Assembly (NCBI GenBank): GCA_965207885.1
Contig: OZ242311.1
Span: forward strand, 3,392,001 to 3,456,000
Direction of reading: 5' to 3'
From: Candidatus Latescibacterota bacterium
GTDB taxonomy: Bacteria; Latescibacterota; UBA2968
DNA: 64,000 nt
This document shows, one piece after another, positions 39,175 through 48,396 of this stretch; positions within the stretch are counted from its first letter, which is position 1, and each line of letters begins with the position of its first letter. The translations under genes and the position numbers were made by a program. Under the pieces are notes generated by a model. The model worked only from the letters and a program-made list of their open reading frames with translations, had not been told where the DNA came from and searched no databases.

Positions 39175-40182
39175 ATGAGATCAGTAATCTGTGTTCACGA
39201 ACGCTTTGACGCCTCCTGGCCCTTTGTGGCCGACCACTGGAACCGCCGCTGGCAGGAATCGGGAGACTGCGAACTCTATCGCACCGAGGCATCTGGGGCT
39301 CGAGCGCCACAGATGGTGGAGAATCCTTCATCGGTACATCGGCTCGTCCTCCTTGGCCTTCCGGCTGACACTGAGGATCTTGAGCCATTTTCCGGTCTTG
39401 AGGAACTCTACCACGATGCAGCAGGCCAATCAAACGCTGGCCTCGATGGCGCACACACCCGTGGGGTGAACATAATTCGCCCTCGTGGTGCCATTCAATG
39501 GGGACAAACAGTTGCCGAGTTTGCGCTCGGACTCACAATAAGTGCATTGCGACGGATACCGCAGACCTACGTGGAGATGATGGAGAGCCACGAGACCTGG
39601 AAATACAAACCGGACGTAGGCAAACCCGGACAGAGGGGCGCTCAATTTGGCGACGACCCACGCTTTGTGAGCGGCACCATTGCTGGGAAGCGAGTACGCG
39701 TCGTTGGCATTGGTAATATTGGAGGACGGTACGCTTCATGGTGTTCGAACATGGGAGCAGATGTGGCCGTCTGGGATCCATTTGCTCCGGAGGCATCGTT
39801 TACGCTCGCCGGAGTCAGGCGATGCTTCGATCTCTCAGAACTCGTGAAAGACGCCGATATCTTTGCGCCGATGGTCCCCCTGAAGGACGATACGCGTGGG
39901 CTGGTTGGTCCGGAGGCCATTCGCACATTGCCGCATCAATCGCTCGTCGTTCTGGTGACACGCGCAGCGATCTGCGACACCGAAACATTGTACCAACGGG
40001 TCCTAAATGACGAACTCTCTTTGGCCGCAGACGTCTGGGACATGGAACCGGTGCGTTTGGATTCTCCACTGCTTGGCCGCCACAATGTGGTCCACACGCC
40101 GCACAATGCCGGGCGCACGATTGATGCAAATCACGCGCGGGCAGACGATGCAATAAACCGGTTTCGGCCGCGTAGCTCGTGA
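39175..40182 (+). CDS. D-isomer-specific 2-hydroxyacid dehydrogenase
   Basis: VAEFAL, GIGNIG, TRA, DVWDMEP, TPHNAG motifs. Confidence 0.88.
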   Translation: MRSVICVHERFDASWPFVADHWNRRWQESGDCELYRTEASGARAPQMVENPSSVHRLVLLGLPADTEDLEPFSGLEELYHDAAGQSNAGLDGAHTRGVNIIRPRGAIQWGQTVAEFALGLTISALRRIPQTYVEMMESHETWKYKPDVGKPGQRGAQFGDDPRFVSGTIAGKRVRVVGIGNIGGRYASWCSNMGADVAVWDPFAPEASFTLAGVRRCFDLSELVKDADIFAPMVPLKDDTRGLVGPEAIRTLPHQSLVVLVTRAAICDTETLYQRVLNDELSLAADVWDMEPVRLDSPLLGRHNVVHTPHNAGRTIDANHARADDAINRFRPRSS

Positions 40183-40211
40183 AGTCGTATAGAAAAGGAG
40201 CTTTTCAACCC

Positions 40212-43049
40212 ATGAAACAAACCCACTCACTCGATGGAACCTGGCAAGTTATTTACGATCACGACAACAAGGGCCGCACGCTCAACTTACAGCACCGCGA
40301 AAATTTCTATGCCTACGCAGACTTAGAGCAAGTAACCGTTCCCGCATGTCTCGAAGAATTCAAACAAGATTATGAAGGCGTCGCCTGGTACGGCAAAACG
40401 TTTACCCGTTCCCCTGACTGGCAAAACAAAACCATCCGCCTCCATTTTGAAGCAGTCAACTACCGCGCGGAAATCTGGGTCAATGGAGAAGCCGCTGGCG
40501 CGCACGAAGGCGGATACATCGGCTTTGAACTCCTGATAGACGACCTCTTAACCGAAGGCGAAAACTTCATCGCCGTTCGCGTCATCACGCCCCTTATCCT
40601 CCAAGACGTAGTCATTGATGGCATAGGCCGCGATGACATGCCCCACTGGCGCGGCGCAATCGCCGGTGGTATATGGCAATCGGTTTCCCTCATCGCTACG
40701 GGTCCTGTGTACGTTGAGGACACATTCGTTACATCCGACATCCACACAGGCGAAGTCAACATCGCCAGCACATTTCAAAATCGCGGTTTGAGAATACAAT
40801 CCGCAACCATCATCTGGTCAATAACAGAATACAAAAGCAACGCACAGGTCGCCTCCGGTGAAAAAACGCTCAACCTGAATCCCGGCACAAGTCACCACGA
40901 AGAAATATTCACTATCCCAAACCACAAACTCTGGCAACTCGACGATCCCTATCTCTACGTCGTCACCACCACAGTCGCCCTTGAGGGCGAAACCTCAGAT
41001 ATTGAGCAAACGCGCTTCGGCTTCCGAAAATTTACAGCCAAAGGCAAAAACTTCTACTTAAACGGCGAAAAAACCATCCTCAAAACCACCTTCAACGAAG
41101 CCTTCTATCCACACTCTCTCGCATACCCACGCGACCTCAGTCTTTTAAAAAGAGAATTCGAACTCATCAAAGACGGCAACATCAACATGATTCGCCCGTG
41201 GCGCAAACCCCAACCGCCAATCGTATATGACCTTGCAGACGAAATGGGCGTCCTATTTGTGGGCGCACTCCCCGTCGAATGCATGGACAACTGGCCCCAG
41301 ATCACCCCATATACCCAACAACGCATCGAAAACGAAGCTACGGAAATGGTCAAACGCGATCGCAACCACCCCTCCATCGTCATCTGGGAAATGTTTAATG
41401 AAATCATGCGCGACGGACTAAAACGCCTCAAACACAGCGTATCCTTAAAAGCGCGTGAATGCGATCACACCCGCATGATCATCGATGAAGCAGGCGGATT
41501 TGCCGATGGATGCAGCATTTACCTTCCCGGATCCTACGAACCCATTGTCATCAACGATGTACACAACTATCCCGGCACACCCTTTGCCCAAAGAAGTTAC
41601 GACAATTTGCTCGCACTGGGCAAAACCGAGGCGCAACTAAAAGAAATGGGATTGGAAATCGCCCAATTTACCAACAGCAAAATCAAACCCGACTTGCTCA
41701 CCAATATCTCAGAACTCGGGTATGGCAGTATTCCCGACCTCGAAGCAAATTTTGAACAATACAAAACAGAAGGCAATCCCATCACACCGGATTACCGCAT
41801 GCACGAACGCCTCCTCAATTCGTACCTCTCGGTCTTTCGCGAAACAGGAACAGATCAAATCTTTCCCAACTTCCACACCTTTGTACAGGCCTGCCAGGAA
41901 ATCCACGCCACTGGCAACAAGCTCATGACCGAAGCCTGCCGCATCAATCCCGACATCGCGGGTATCGGCATCCACGCGCTCAACGACGGCGACTGGGTCA
42001 TCGGGGCTGGCTTAATCGACAATTTCCGCAATCCCAAAAAACCTTATTACGCCATCCAAGAAGTATTTGCTGACCGTTATATCGCCATTCGCCCCGGCAA
42101 ACAAAATGTCTATGCAGGTGAAACCGTTCAAATCCAGCTCACCACCGTCAATGACAAAAACGATATATCTGGCACACTCTCCCTTCGCGTTACAACAAAC
42201 GACGGACAGAATCTTCTCGACATAAACGAACAAATAACAATACCTACAGGCATCACAGACCTGACGACTTACGAAGTCAACACCGGTGGCGTCGAAGGTC
42301 TGTGCCATATCGAGTTGACGTTTGAATCTTCGGATGCACACACCATCAAAAATCAATCCAGTATCTACGTCCTGGACAAAAAAAAATCCACCGTTCCAGA
42401 TGTACCCATAGCGATAATTGACCTCAATAGCGCACTCGGCAGATACCTTTCCAAAACCACCGCCTTCTCCACCCATACCCCAACAGACCAGGTCGCACTC
42501 GTTAATCTCCAGGGCTGGAACGGCAAACCCGATACCCGCTTCGCCGATCTCGCCACCTGGGTTAAAAACGGCGGCACAGCACTCTTCCTCAACCTGCCCG
42601 CTATGCACCTTCTCCAAATGGCGCCAGGAAAAAGCCGCATGTCTCGCCACATCGACAAAGACATTTTCTTCCCATTCCCACTATCTCTCTACTCCGGCAA
42701 GGGGTTATGGACGCCTTGCAGTCATGTTGTCAAAGACCATCTCTTCTACGATGGCTTGCCCTCAAATTGCCTGATGGGACAGGAATATCAAAACATCTCC
42801 TCTCAGTGGTCCATTGTAGAACCCAAAACCGACTGGATATGCGGCAACATCACCTACGACTGGTATGCGGGCCTCAAGCACAAACAAAACTACATCGGCG
42901 TCACAGAAGCCTTTCACGGCGCTGACCTCACACAAATCGCTCACGGCAATGGCAAATACATCCTTTGCACTCATCGCATTGTCGAAAACCTGGGCACAGA
43001 CCCGGTAGCGGATCGTTTACTGAGCAACATGCTCAAGACCCTCCTGTAA
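40212..43049 (+). CDS. GH2 glycoside hydrolase
   Basis: FEAVNYRAEIWVNG..HEGGY, RFGFRKF, RDRNHPSIVIWEMFNE, ISELG motifs. Confidence 0.92.
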   Translation: MKQTHSLDGTWQVIYDHDNKGRTLNLQHRENFYAYADLEQVTVPACLEEFKQDYEGVAWYGKTFTRSPDWQNKTIRLHFEAVNYRAEIWVNGEAAGAHEGGYIGFELLIDDLLTEGENFIAVRVITPLILQDVVIDGIGRDDMPHWRGAIAGGIWQSVSLIATGPVYVEDTFVTSDIHTGEVNIASTFQNRGLRIQSATIIWSITEYKSNAQVASGEKTLNLNPGTSHHEEIFTIPNHKLWQLDDPYLYVVTTTVALEGETSDIEQTRFGFRKFTAKGKNFYLNGEKTILKTTFNEAFYPHSLAYPRDLSLLKREFELIKDGNINMIRPWRKPQPPIVYDLADEMGVLFVGALPVECMDNWPQITPYTQQRIENEATEMVKRDRNHPSIVIWEMFNEIMRDGLKRLKHSVSLKARECDHTRMIIDEAGGFADGCSIYLPGSYEPIVINDVHNYPGTPFAQRSYDNLLALGKTEAQLKEMGLEIAQFTNSKIKPDLLTNISELGYGSIPDLEANFEQYKTEGNPITPDYRMHERLLNSYLSVFRETGTDQIFPNFHTFVQACQEIHATGNKLMTEACRINPDIAGIGIHALNDGDWVIGAGLIDNFRNPKKPYYAIQEVFADRYIAIRPGKQNVYAGETVQIQLTTVNDKNDISGTLSLRVTTNDGQNLLDINEQITIPTGITDLTTYEVNTGGVEGLCHIELTFESSDAHTIKNQSSIYVLDKKKSTVPDVPIAIIDLNSALGRYLSKTTAFSTHTPTDQVALVNLQGWNGKPDTRFADLATWVKNGGTALFLNLPAMHLLQMAPGKSRMSRHIDKDIFFPFPLSLYSGKGLWTPCSHVVKDHLFYDGLPSNCLMGQEYQNISSQWSIVEPKTDWICGNITYDWYAGLKHKQNYIGVTEAFHGADLTQIAHGNGKYILCTHRIVENLGTDPVADRLLSNMLKTLL

Positions 43050-43068
43050 CCAAATGAAAGGAATTCCC

Positions 43069-44499
43069 ATGAGTAATGAGAAACGCCCAAATATTCTGTT
43101 CGTATTTTCTGATCAGCAGCGTTATAGCGCGCTGGGTGCGAATGGCAATGACATAATCCAAACGCCTGTTTTGGATGCGATGGCAGCTGAAGGAATGGCA
43201 TGTGACAATATGTTTTCCAACCACCCGCTGTGTTCGCCTTATCGAGCGATTTTGTTAACCGGTCGGTATGGTTGGCAAAATTTGGTGATTGATAATGAGT
43301 ACAGTCCGCGACGAGATATCCCAACCTTGCCAGGCACTTTGCGCGAGCATGGGTATGGCACTGCGCACGTGGGTACATGGCACCTGGGTAAAGGGCCGTA
43401 CGGCGACGACAATCGGTACGGGCTGGATTATCTTGCGGCGCTGGCAGGCGGGAGAGGACGGGGAGCCTACTTCGACAGAACCTATTACGAAAACGATGAG
43501 GGTCCGAACTTTTACGGAGGCTGGGCTCCAACGAACGAAACGGATTTGGCTATTCAATTTATGGAAAAACACCTGGATGCTCGAACAGACGATCCATTTG
43601 CCGTCTTTGTGTCCTGGCGACCTCCTCACTGGCCATATATGCAGTATCCCGACGAATATAATATTTATGATCCTGCGGACATGGATGTGCCGGGTAATGT
43701 ACCAGACGAGATGAAAGCATGGGCGCATGAGGAACTCGCAGACTATTACGGGTGTTGTACAGGGCTTGACGCAGAGATGGGGCGATTGTTGGAAGCGCTG
43801 GATCGCTTAGGGGTCAAAAACAATACAATTGTCTGTTATACATCAGATCATGGAGATCATCTTTCAAGCCATGGGTATGGCAAACCCAGTAGTCGCTGGT
43901 TGGACGAGTCGATGCGGGCTTCAAAAGCAACACCTTATGAAGAATCTTGCCATGTGCCGTTTGTCGTGCGTTGGCCCGATGCTATTGAAGCTGGTACACG
44001 AACGGATGCCTTCTTTGGTGCGATTGATATTGTACCTACATTGCTCGGTGCTTGTGGCGTGCCGTTGCCAGAAGGTCTGCAAGGGCGAGATATTTCGAGC
44101 GTGTGGCATGGTGGTGAAGCACCTGCAGATACAGAGTTAACGCCTGGTGGATCGGAGTCTGTCTATTTGCAGAATATGGCACACGGTTGGCCCAATCGCG
44201 ACGGTTGGGTTGGGCGCTGGCGCGGTGTGCGTACCGAACGCTATACCTATGCGCGTTGGTTTGCTAATGAGCGAGGCCCCTGGCTGTTTGACCGGCAGGA
44301 AGATCCGCTCGAAATGGTTAACCTGGCGAATTCTGCTAAAGCGCGGCCAGCACTTCAAGAAATGGAAGAAAGATTGCATCGTTGGATGGAAGGTACAAAA
44401 GATCCATTTGAATACGGCAGGCGTGGCCCCCGTGGCTTTTTGGAATTGGGACAGGAGTTTGCGGATCCGGATAAGTATCCTGGCTGGGGCGTTGCATAA
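43069..44499 (+). CDS. sulfatase
   Basis: SDQQR, CSPYR, WRPPH, TSDHGD motifs. Confidence 0.92.
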   Translation: MSNEKRPNILFVFSDQQRYSALGANGNDIIQTPVLDAMAAEGMACDNMFSNHPLCSPYRAILLTGRYGWQNLVIDNEYSPRRDIPTLPGTLREHGYGTAHVGTWHLGKGPYGDDNRYGLDYLAALAGGRGRGAYFDRTYYENDEGPNFYGGWAPTNETDLAIQFMEKHLDARTDDPFAVFVSWRPPHWPYMQYPDEYNIYDPADMDVPGNVPDEMKAWAHEELADYYGCCTGLDAEMGRLLEALDRLGVKNNTIVCYTSDHGDHLSSHGYGKPSSRWLDESMRASKATPYEESCHVPFVVRWPDAIEAGTRTDAFFGAIDIVPTLLGACGVPLPEGLQGRDISSVWHGGEAPADTELTPGGSESVYLQNMAHGWPNRDGWVGRWRGVRTERYTYARWFANERGPWLFDRQEDPLEMVNLANSAKARPALQEMEERLHRWMEGTKDPFEYGRRGPRGFLELGQEFADPDKYPGWGVA

Positions 44500-44526
44500 T
44501 TGACAAATGGAAGAAAGGAATCATAA

Positions 44527-45693
44527 ATGCGAATAGAACAAATCGACGCCTATGTCGTCAAATTACCCCGTCCCAATATCGCTGAAAATATTCCCGATTA
44601 TGCGCGTTCTCGCAAATCGCTCTCCTACGACACAGCACCTCCCATTGACGACATGGCAGCTGCGCGTTATGCCGAAGCGCTCTTTGTCAAAATCACCGCC
44701 GACAATGGCCTTGTCGGATGGGGCGAAGGCCAATCCCTGCTCGTTCCCGAAGCCACCAAAGCAGTCGTAGATCGCCTGTTTGCCCCCATTCTCATCGGCG
44801 AAAATCCACTCGCCCGCGAAAAGCTCTACGACATGACCTATGGCACCATGCGCGGTCGAGGTTACCGCTCGGGTTATCTCGCGGCCGCCCTTGCGGGCAT
44901 CAACAATGCCCTCTGGGATCTATCGGGCAAAGCCCTCGACGTACCCTGCTACGTCCTCCTCGGTGGCCCCTACCGCGACAAGGTGCGTGTCTACAACAAT
45001 ATACATGGTCCCACACCCGAAGTCGGTGTTGAGCAAGCCCTCAAAGCCGTTGAAATGGGTTACGACGCAGTCAAATATCACCTCAATCGGCCCTTGAAAA
45101 ATGCCGTTGCCGTCGTAGAAGCCACACGCGAAGCCGTTGGGCCCGATGTCGAAATCCTCGTCGATCTCACCTGGCACTACGACGTACCCGGTGCAATTGC
45201 CCTGGGGAAAGAACTCGAAAAATTCGACGTCTTCTGGCTCGAATCGCCCGTGCCCAGCGAAGACCTCCGCCGCCATGCCGAAGTACCACGCGACCTCACC
45301 CTGCCCATCTGCATCGGCCAGGAATATTACAACGCCTATCAATTCCGCGCTGTTCTGGAAGCACATGCCGCCGACATACTTCTGCCCGACCTCGCGCGAA
45401 CAGGCATCACGGGCAGCCAGCGCATCGCCCACCTCGCCGAAACCTTCGACATCCCACTCGCTCCAGCAGTTGGCGCAGGCAACGTCCTTTCAACCGCTGC
45501 GCAACTCCAGCTCTCGGCAGGCATCCTCAACTTTGTCATCATGGAACACTTCGACCAGAGCTTCCAGCTAAAAAGCGATCAAATCCTAAAACACTCCCTC
45601 ACCCGAAATGGCAGCTATCTCGAACTGCCCGACTGCCCGGGATTGGGCATTGAAATCGATGAAGAAAAATTGATGCAGTACGCAGTGAAATAA
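44527..45693 (+). CDS. mandelate racemase/muconate lactonizing enzyme family protein (galactonate dehydratase-like, divergent)
   Basis: GWGEG, ALWDLSGK, LLGGPYRD, WLESP, PGLGIEID motifs. Confidence 0.88.
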   Translation: MRIEQIDAYVVKLPRPNIAENIPDYARSRKSLSYDTAPPIDDMAAARYAEALFVKITADNGLVGWGEGQSLLVPEATKAVVDRLFAPILIGENPLAREKLYDMTYGTMRGRGYRSGYLAAALAGINNALWDLSGKALDVPCYVLLGGPYRDKVRVYNNIHGPTPEVGVEQALKAVEMGYDAVKYHLNRPLKNAVAVVEATREAVGPDVEILVDLTWHYDVPGAIALGKELEKFDVFWLESPVPSEDLRRHAEVPRDLTLPICIGQEYYNAYQFRAVLEAHAADILLPDLARTGITGSQRIAHLAETFDIPLAPAVGAGNVLSTAAQLQLSAGILNFVIMEHFDQSFQLKSDQILKHSLTRNGSYLELPDCPGLGIEIDEEKLMQYAVK

Positions 45694-45706
45694 CACAGGA
45701 GCAAAA

Positions 45707-46468
45707 ATGCCCAAAAATCTCGATTATAAAAAAATCATGATCGATCTCGATGAAGTGGGTTTCCACATCATTCCTTCGGTCATCCCAGAAAAAAAAGCAG
45801 ATAAAGCACGCGGTATTCTTGAGCAACTCCTCAAAGAAGAAGCCACCGAGCAATCGCTTGCAGCCAAAACGCAGCGCGTAGGGCGCATCGCCGTCAAGCA
45901 CCCCATCTTCCTCGAACTCATGTCCCACCCGACCATCGTAGCCCTGTGGCGCAAATACCTCGGCGACGACATGGTCTGCTCCACCTGGTCTGGCAATACA
46001 GTCTATCCGGGCGCAGACAGTTTTGGCTGGCATTCAGACTACCCTTATTGGTCTGTGCAACCGCCCTGGCCCCCCGGCCGTCTCGCAGGTCAAACCATCT
46101 GGCTTCTGAACGATCTCACCGAAGAAAACGGCGCAACCGCCATGCTGCCCCAAAGCCACCTCAAAGGCGAACCGCCACCGCCAGAACTCAAAAGCCAATG
46201 GATCGACGGCGGTAAAATCCTCACCGGCAAACGCGGAAGCGCCATTGTCATGCACGGTGCCTGCTGGCATACAGCTCGCCCAAACCAAACCGACGAAATT
46301 CGATCTGTTCTCCTCGGCATGTATATGCGCCCCTGGTTCATCCCACAAGAAGACATGCGCGGCCAACTGGCAGAGTTAGAAAACCCTTCGGACTTAGTAC
46401 GCCACCTTATGTGCGCCAATCAACGGACGCCAAGTAATGTTGGCGCAAATCAATATGCAGCGAAATAA
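45707..46468 (+). CDS. PhyH-family dioxygenase
   Basis: WHSDYPYW, ENGAT..LPQSH, GACWH...R motifs. Confidence 0.9.
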   Translation: MPKNLDYKKIMIDLDEVGFHIIPSVIPEKKADKARGILEQLLKEEATEQSLAAKTQRVGRIAVKHPIFLELMSHPTIVALWRKYLGDDMVCSTWSGNTVYPGADSFGWHSDYPYWSVQPPWPPGRLAGQTIWLLNDLTEENGATAMLPQSHLKGEPPPPELKSQWIDGGKILTGKRGSAIVMHGACWHTARPNQTDEIRSVLLGMYMRPWFIPQEDMRGQLAELENPSDLVRHLMCANQRTPSNVGANQYAAK

Positions 46469-46485
46469 CACAGGAAAAATTGGAT

Positions 46486-48110
46486 ATGACTGAGGGACAA
46501 GAAGTTGCCAGCAATACAGGAGCGGTTGCAGCCGGACCTCCAGAGGCGGCAAGAGTTGGTGCGAGAATACTCGAACAGGGCGGCAACGCCTTTGATGCAG
46601 CGGTGGCGACCAGTATGGCATGCTGCATGTTACAGCCACAATCTACGGGTGTGGGCGGTTATGTCCTGTGTGCCGTGATCCTGGAAGGCACCACGGGCAA
46701 AGTCTGGTCGATAGACGCCAATTCAATTTCGCCCAAAGCGGCTCACGAACACATGTACACCATCCTGCCAACGCGTACCCCGGAGGCATCAATGAAAAAG
46801 AATACAACTGCAGCGTAAAGGACAATGCCAACGTCCATGGTCCTCTCGCCATTGGTCCCCCGGGTATGATGGCAGGCATGGGCACCATTTGGGAAAAGTG
46901 GGGAAAACTCAAATGGTCCGATGTGGTAGCACCATCGCTGAAGCTACTCGAAGATGGCTTTCCCTTTGGTTCTACTGCAGGTGCGATCAAAAATCTCCAG
47001 AACGTGATCCGCAGATTTGAAGCAACAGAAAAACACCTGATGCCCGAAGGACGTGTCCCGACACCAGATGATATCTGGCACCGTCGCGATATGGAAAAAA
47101 CCCTTGCAAGAATTTCAGAAGCCGGATGGCAGGATTTCTACACGGGGGAAATCGGCAACAAAATAGTGGATCACGTTCAAGCCACTGGCGGTATTTTGAC
47201 AATGGAAGACATGGCTGCCTTCAAACCAGGCGTGACCGAACCATATACCACGACCTACCGCGAGGCATCCGTGCATGGTGCAATTTTGCCCAACGGCGGA
47301 TTGTCCAGCTTGCAACTGCTCAACATGTGGGAATGCTTCGATCCCCTACCGGAAGACACGGTCGAGTACTGGCACCGACTCGCCGAGCTTCTCAAGCTGG
47401 TCTGGCGGGATCGCCTTCTACATCTCGCGGATCCAAACCATGTGGATGTGCCGATCGAGCGACTCCTGAGCAAAGATTATGCAGCCGGTCGCGTGGAAAC
47501 ACTGCGCCAGTTTCCCCATGCGGTAGATCAGCTTGTGCCACCGCCAATGGGTGATTCAAATGATGGTACGCTCCACGTCTCTTCCGCAGATGCCGAAGGA
47601 AATGTGGCGGCCGTAACAATTTCTCAAGGCGGCGCTTTCGGCTCCCTTGTTACGGTACCCGATACAGGCATCATTCTGGGACATGGAATGTGCAGATTAG
47701 ATCCCAGACCCGGTCGCAAAAATTCCGTGGCTTCGCTCAAGAGACCGCTGAACAACACAGTTCCGCTCATCATTCAGCTTCCAGATCGGGATGTGGCGAT
47801 TGGAATGCCAGGCGGCAGGCGTATCATCTCTGTGAACGCGCGTGCGGCCCAAAAAATCGTCGATTACGGCGCAACATCCTTCGAGGCCGTCAGTGGTCCA
47901 AGGATGCATGTACAAACCCACGAGCCGGTAAGTGCGACCCGCACCTTGCCCGATGATATTGTGAATGGATTGATCGAAATGGGCCACGAAATCACATCTG
48001 TCAACAGTCTGGGTGGGGGGATCCACTGCGCGGAGTTTCTAAAAGCAGAAGGAACCGTTCGGGCAGGTGGCAATACATGGTCTGCAGGAAGTGATATAAA
48101 TCCAATCTAA
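46486..48110 (+). pseudogene. ggt: gamma-glutamyltransferase-family Ntn hydrolase split by a 1-bp frameshift near 46778-46781
   Basis: First ORF has GGNAFDAAVA...GVGG. Second ORF has TLHVSSADAEGN, FGS and GMPGG. Adding one C to the CCCC run joins the frames. Confidence 0.8.
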
Positions 48111-48396
48111 TTTCGCCTTCGTCGATTATTTCTCCTTTGAGCTGAATCGTTTAATTTGTGACTCTAAGTGCTTTAAGACTTTGGATTTGTTCTGCACTCA
48201 TCATAGACTCTATGAGATGATATGTTAATGCTTCTACCACTACTCTGCGGCCCTCACCCTGGCCAGCCAGATCAGCATAGTCCGTTACAAGATGATCTAC
48301 TGGCAGCGTAATCAGGCAGTGACGCTTTCAAAGTAATTGGGCTAAAAATGCAAAATAAAGCGAAGACTGCACCCAAAGCCCATTGCGTGTATCTGG

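Noticed and set aside
48150-48330. Short minus-strand frame (TLPVDHLVTDYADLAGQGEGRRVVVEALTYHLIESMM...) as a gene remnant
   Set aside because: No start codon and no recognisable family, so it is too weak to call.
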